Positions 62,392-64,000 of a DNA stretch of 64,000 nt are shown piece by piece. The translations under genes and the position numbers were made by a program. The stretch covers positions 800,001-864,000 of the forward strand of contig CAVTCS010000003.1 of assembly GCA_963733295.1 (NCBI GenBank). Direction: 5' to 3'. Within the stretch, counting starts at the first letter, position 1; every line of letters begins with the position of its first letter. The DNA is from Vulcanimicrobiota bacterium (GTDB lineage Bacteria > Vulcanimicrobiota > Vulcanimicrobiia > Vulcanimicrobiales > Vulcanimicrobiaceae). The notes beneath the pieces are model-generated. The model saw only the letters and a program-made list of their open reading frames with translations. It was not told where the DNA came from and did no database searches.

Positions 62392-63901
62392 CACGCGAAC
62401 CCGCTCCGTCGAACCGTTCGCGCCGCTCGGCGACGATGCGGTCCGCGTCTACGTCTGCGGGCTGACGCCTTCGGCCGAAGCGCATCTCGGGCACGCGCGC
62501 TCGTTCATCTTCTTCGATGTCCTGCGGCGCTATCTCACGCACCTCGGGTACCGGGTGACGTACGTGCAGAACGTCACCGACATCGACGATCGCAGCATCG
62601 ATGCCGCGCGCCGCTTGGGCCTTCCCTGGAACGAAGTCGTCGAGACGTTCTATGCGTCGTTCAAACGCTCGATGGACCGGTTACACGTCCTCGAGCCCGA
62701 CCGCGAGCCGCGCGCGACCGAGTATATCCCGGAGATCGTCTCGATGATCGAGCGTCTCATCGACCTCGGTCATGCCTACGTCGTCGGCGACGGGGTTTAT
62801 TACACGGTGCGCTCCTTCCCACGCTACGGCGCGCTTTCGGGCCGCAACCTCGACGAGCTGCGCGCCGGTGCGCGCATCGCGATCGGGGAAGAAAAGCGCG
62901 ATCCGCTCGACTTCGCACTCTGGAAGTTCGCGAAGCCGGGTGAACCGAGTTGGCCCTCTCCCTGGGGCGAGGGCCGCCCGGGCTGGCACATCGAGTGCTC
63001 GGCGATGTGTCACGCGCTGCTCGGCGAGCCGTTCGACATCCACGGCGGTGGTTTCGACTTAGTCTTCCCGCACCACGAGAACGAAATCGCGCAGAGCGAG
63101 CCGCTCATGCCCCGGCCGCCGATGGCGAACTTTTGGATGCACGGTGGTCTCCTGCAATTCGACGGCCGCAAGATGTCGAAGTCCATCGGCAATTTCGAGC
63201 CGCTTTTCGAAGTGCTCGATCGTCACGATCCGCAGGCGATCCGCTTGCTGTTTCTGGAGGCGGGTTACCGCAAACCGGTGAACTTCACGGAGGACGCGCT
63301 CGAAGGAAAGACCGCCGGCCTTCGGCGTTTACTGGTGGCGTACGACGCGTTCCGTCAAGCGCCCGCCGCGCCGCGCGGCGCGCAGGCGGCGGAAGAAGCC
63401 TTGGCGCCGTATCGCGCGCGCTTTTTCGAAGCACTCGACGACGACATGAACACCGCCGGAGCGGTTGCGACGCTCTTCGACCTCGCGGCCGAGTCCCGCG
63501 CGCTTCTCGAGGCCGGAGTCGCGAGCGCCGCGGCCGCCTTCATGCACGAAGCGTTGACGCTCCTCGGAATTTCTCCGCAAGAACGCGCGCAGCGCGCTGA
63601 AACGATAACGACCACGCTCGGCGGTGAGGGTCTCGCGCCGTTCACGATCAGCGCGCCGGCGAATGCCGAAGCCGCGCTCTCGAATGAGGCGCTCGCGAAC
63701 CTGCGCGCGCGCGTCGGCGACCTCGACGGGTCGAACGGAGTCTCTGCGCGCGAAACGATCGACCGCGTCGTCGCGGCGCGCTACCGCGCGAAACTGGAGA
63801 AGGATTTTGCGCGGGCCGACCGGCTACGCGAAGCGCTGGCCGCGATCGGCATCGCCGTCACCGACCGCAAGGACGGAGCTTCGTGGACCGTCGTCGCCTA
63901 G
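62372..63901 (+). CDS. cysS: Cysteine--tRNA ligase
   Basis: [34 protein letters not shown]. Confidence 0.96.
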   Translation: MSLRLYNTRTRSVEPFAPLGDDAVRVYVCGLTPSAEAHLGHARSFIFFDVLRRYLTHLGYRVTYVQNVTDIDDRSIDAARRLGLPWNEVVETFYASFKRSMDRLHVLEPDREPRATEYIPEIVSMIERLIDLGHAYVVGDGVYYTVRSFPRYGALSGRNLDELRAGARIAIGEEKRDPLDFALWKFAKPGEPSWPSPWGEGRPGWHIECSAMCHALLGEPFDIHGGGFDLVFPHHENEIAQSEPLMPRPPMANFWMHGGLLQFDGRKMSKSIGNFEPLFEVLDRHDPQAIRLLFLEAGYRKPVNFTEDALEGKTAGLRRLLVAYDAFRQAPAAPRGAQAAEEALAPYRARFFEALDDDMNTAGAVATLFDLAAESRALLEAGVASAAAAFMHEALTLLGISPQERAQRAETITTTLGGEGLAPFTISAPANAEAALSNEALANLRARVGDLDGSNGVSARETIDRVVAARYRAKLEKDFARADRLREALAAIGIAVTDRKDGASWTVVA

Positions 63902-64000
63902 GGTCCACCCGTCCGCCGCGCCGGAAAGATCCGATCGATCTGGACGACGTGGTCTACGGGGTGCACGCGGTCGAAGAGACCTTGGCTGCGGGCGAAACGC
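63883..64000 (+). CDS. rlmB: 23S rRNA Gm2251 methyltransferase RlmB, 5' fragment
   Basis: GTG 63883 after GGAG; VYGVHAVEETL N-terminal motif; conserved position after cysS. Confidence 0.65.
   Translation, partial: MDRRRLGSTRPPRRKDPIDLDDVVYGVHAVEETLAAGET

Overview
High-GC bacterial chromosomal window, densely coding with about 62 CDS. I found no rRNA, tRNA, CRISPR array or mobile element. Gene order is Terrabacteria/Bacillota-like (clpC; yacL-ispD-ispF-cysE-cysS-rlmB; rpe-rpmB; cmk-plsC-ispH), yet an outer-membrane TolC is present. This is compatible with a diderm lineage such as Eremiobacterota (inference only). Contents: acyl-CoA carboxylase beta, ALDH, two LIV-type ABC clusters plus an orphan Tat-exported binding protein, clpC, a SWIM-SNF2 helicase, acyl-CoA synthetase, a WYL regulator, STAS-TetR-EmrAB-TolC, a pentose phosphate operon (tkt, tal-pgi fusion, zwf, opcA, pgl), dapD, radA, MEP/isoprenoid genes, a double GT-C/PMT glycosyltransferase fusion and translation genes. 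The most unusual items are: (1) a stand-alone GluRS anticodon-binding domain occupying the gltX slot; (2) an unannotated 35-aa ORF with a textbook RBS and an ECF-like promoter; (3) a kinase-less PASTA protein and thiL occupying the prkC and thiN slots; (4) the GT-C+PMT fusion; (5) a secreted protein with a Gly/Tyr/RGG low-complexity tail; (6) probable CTG starts coupled to upstream stop codons. All assignments come from motif recognition by eye, without database searches.
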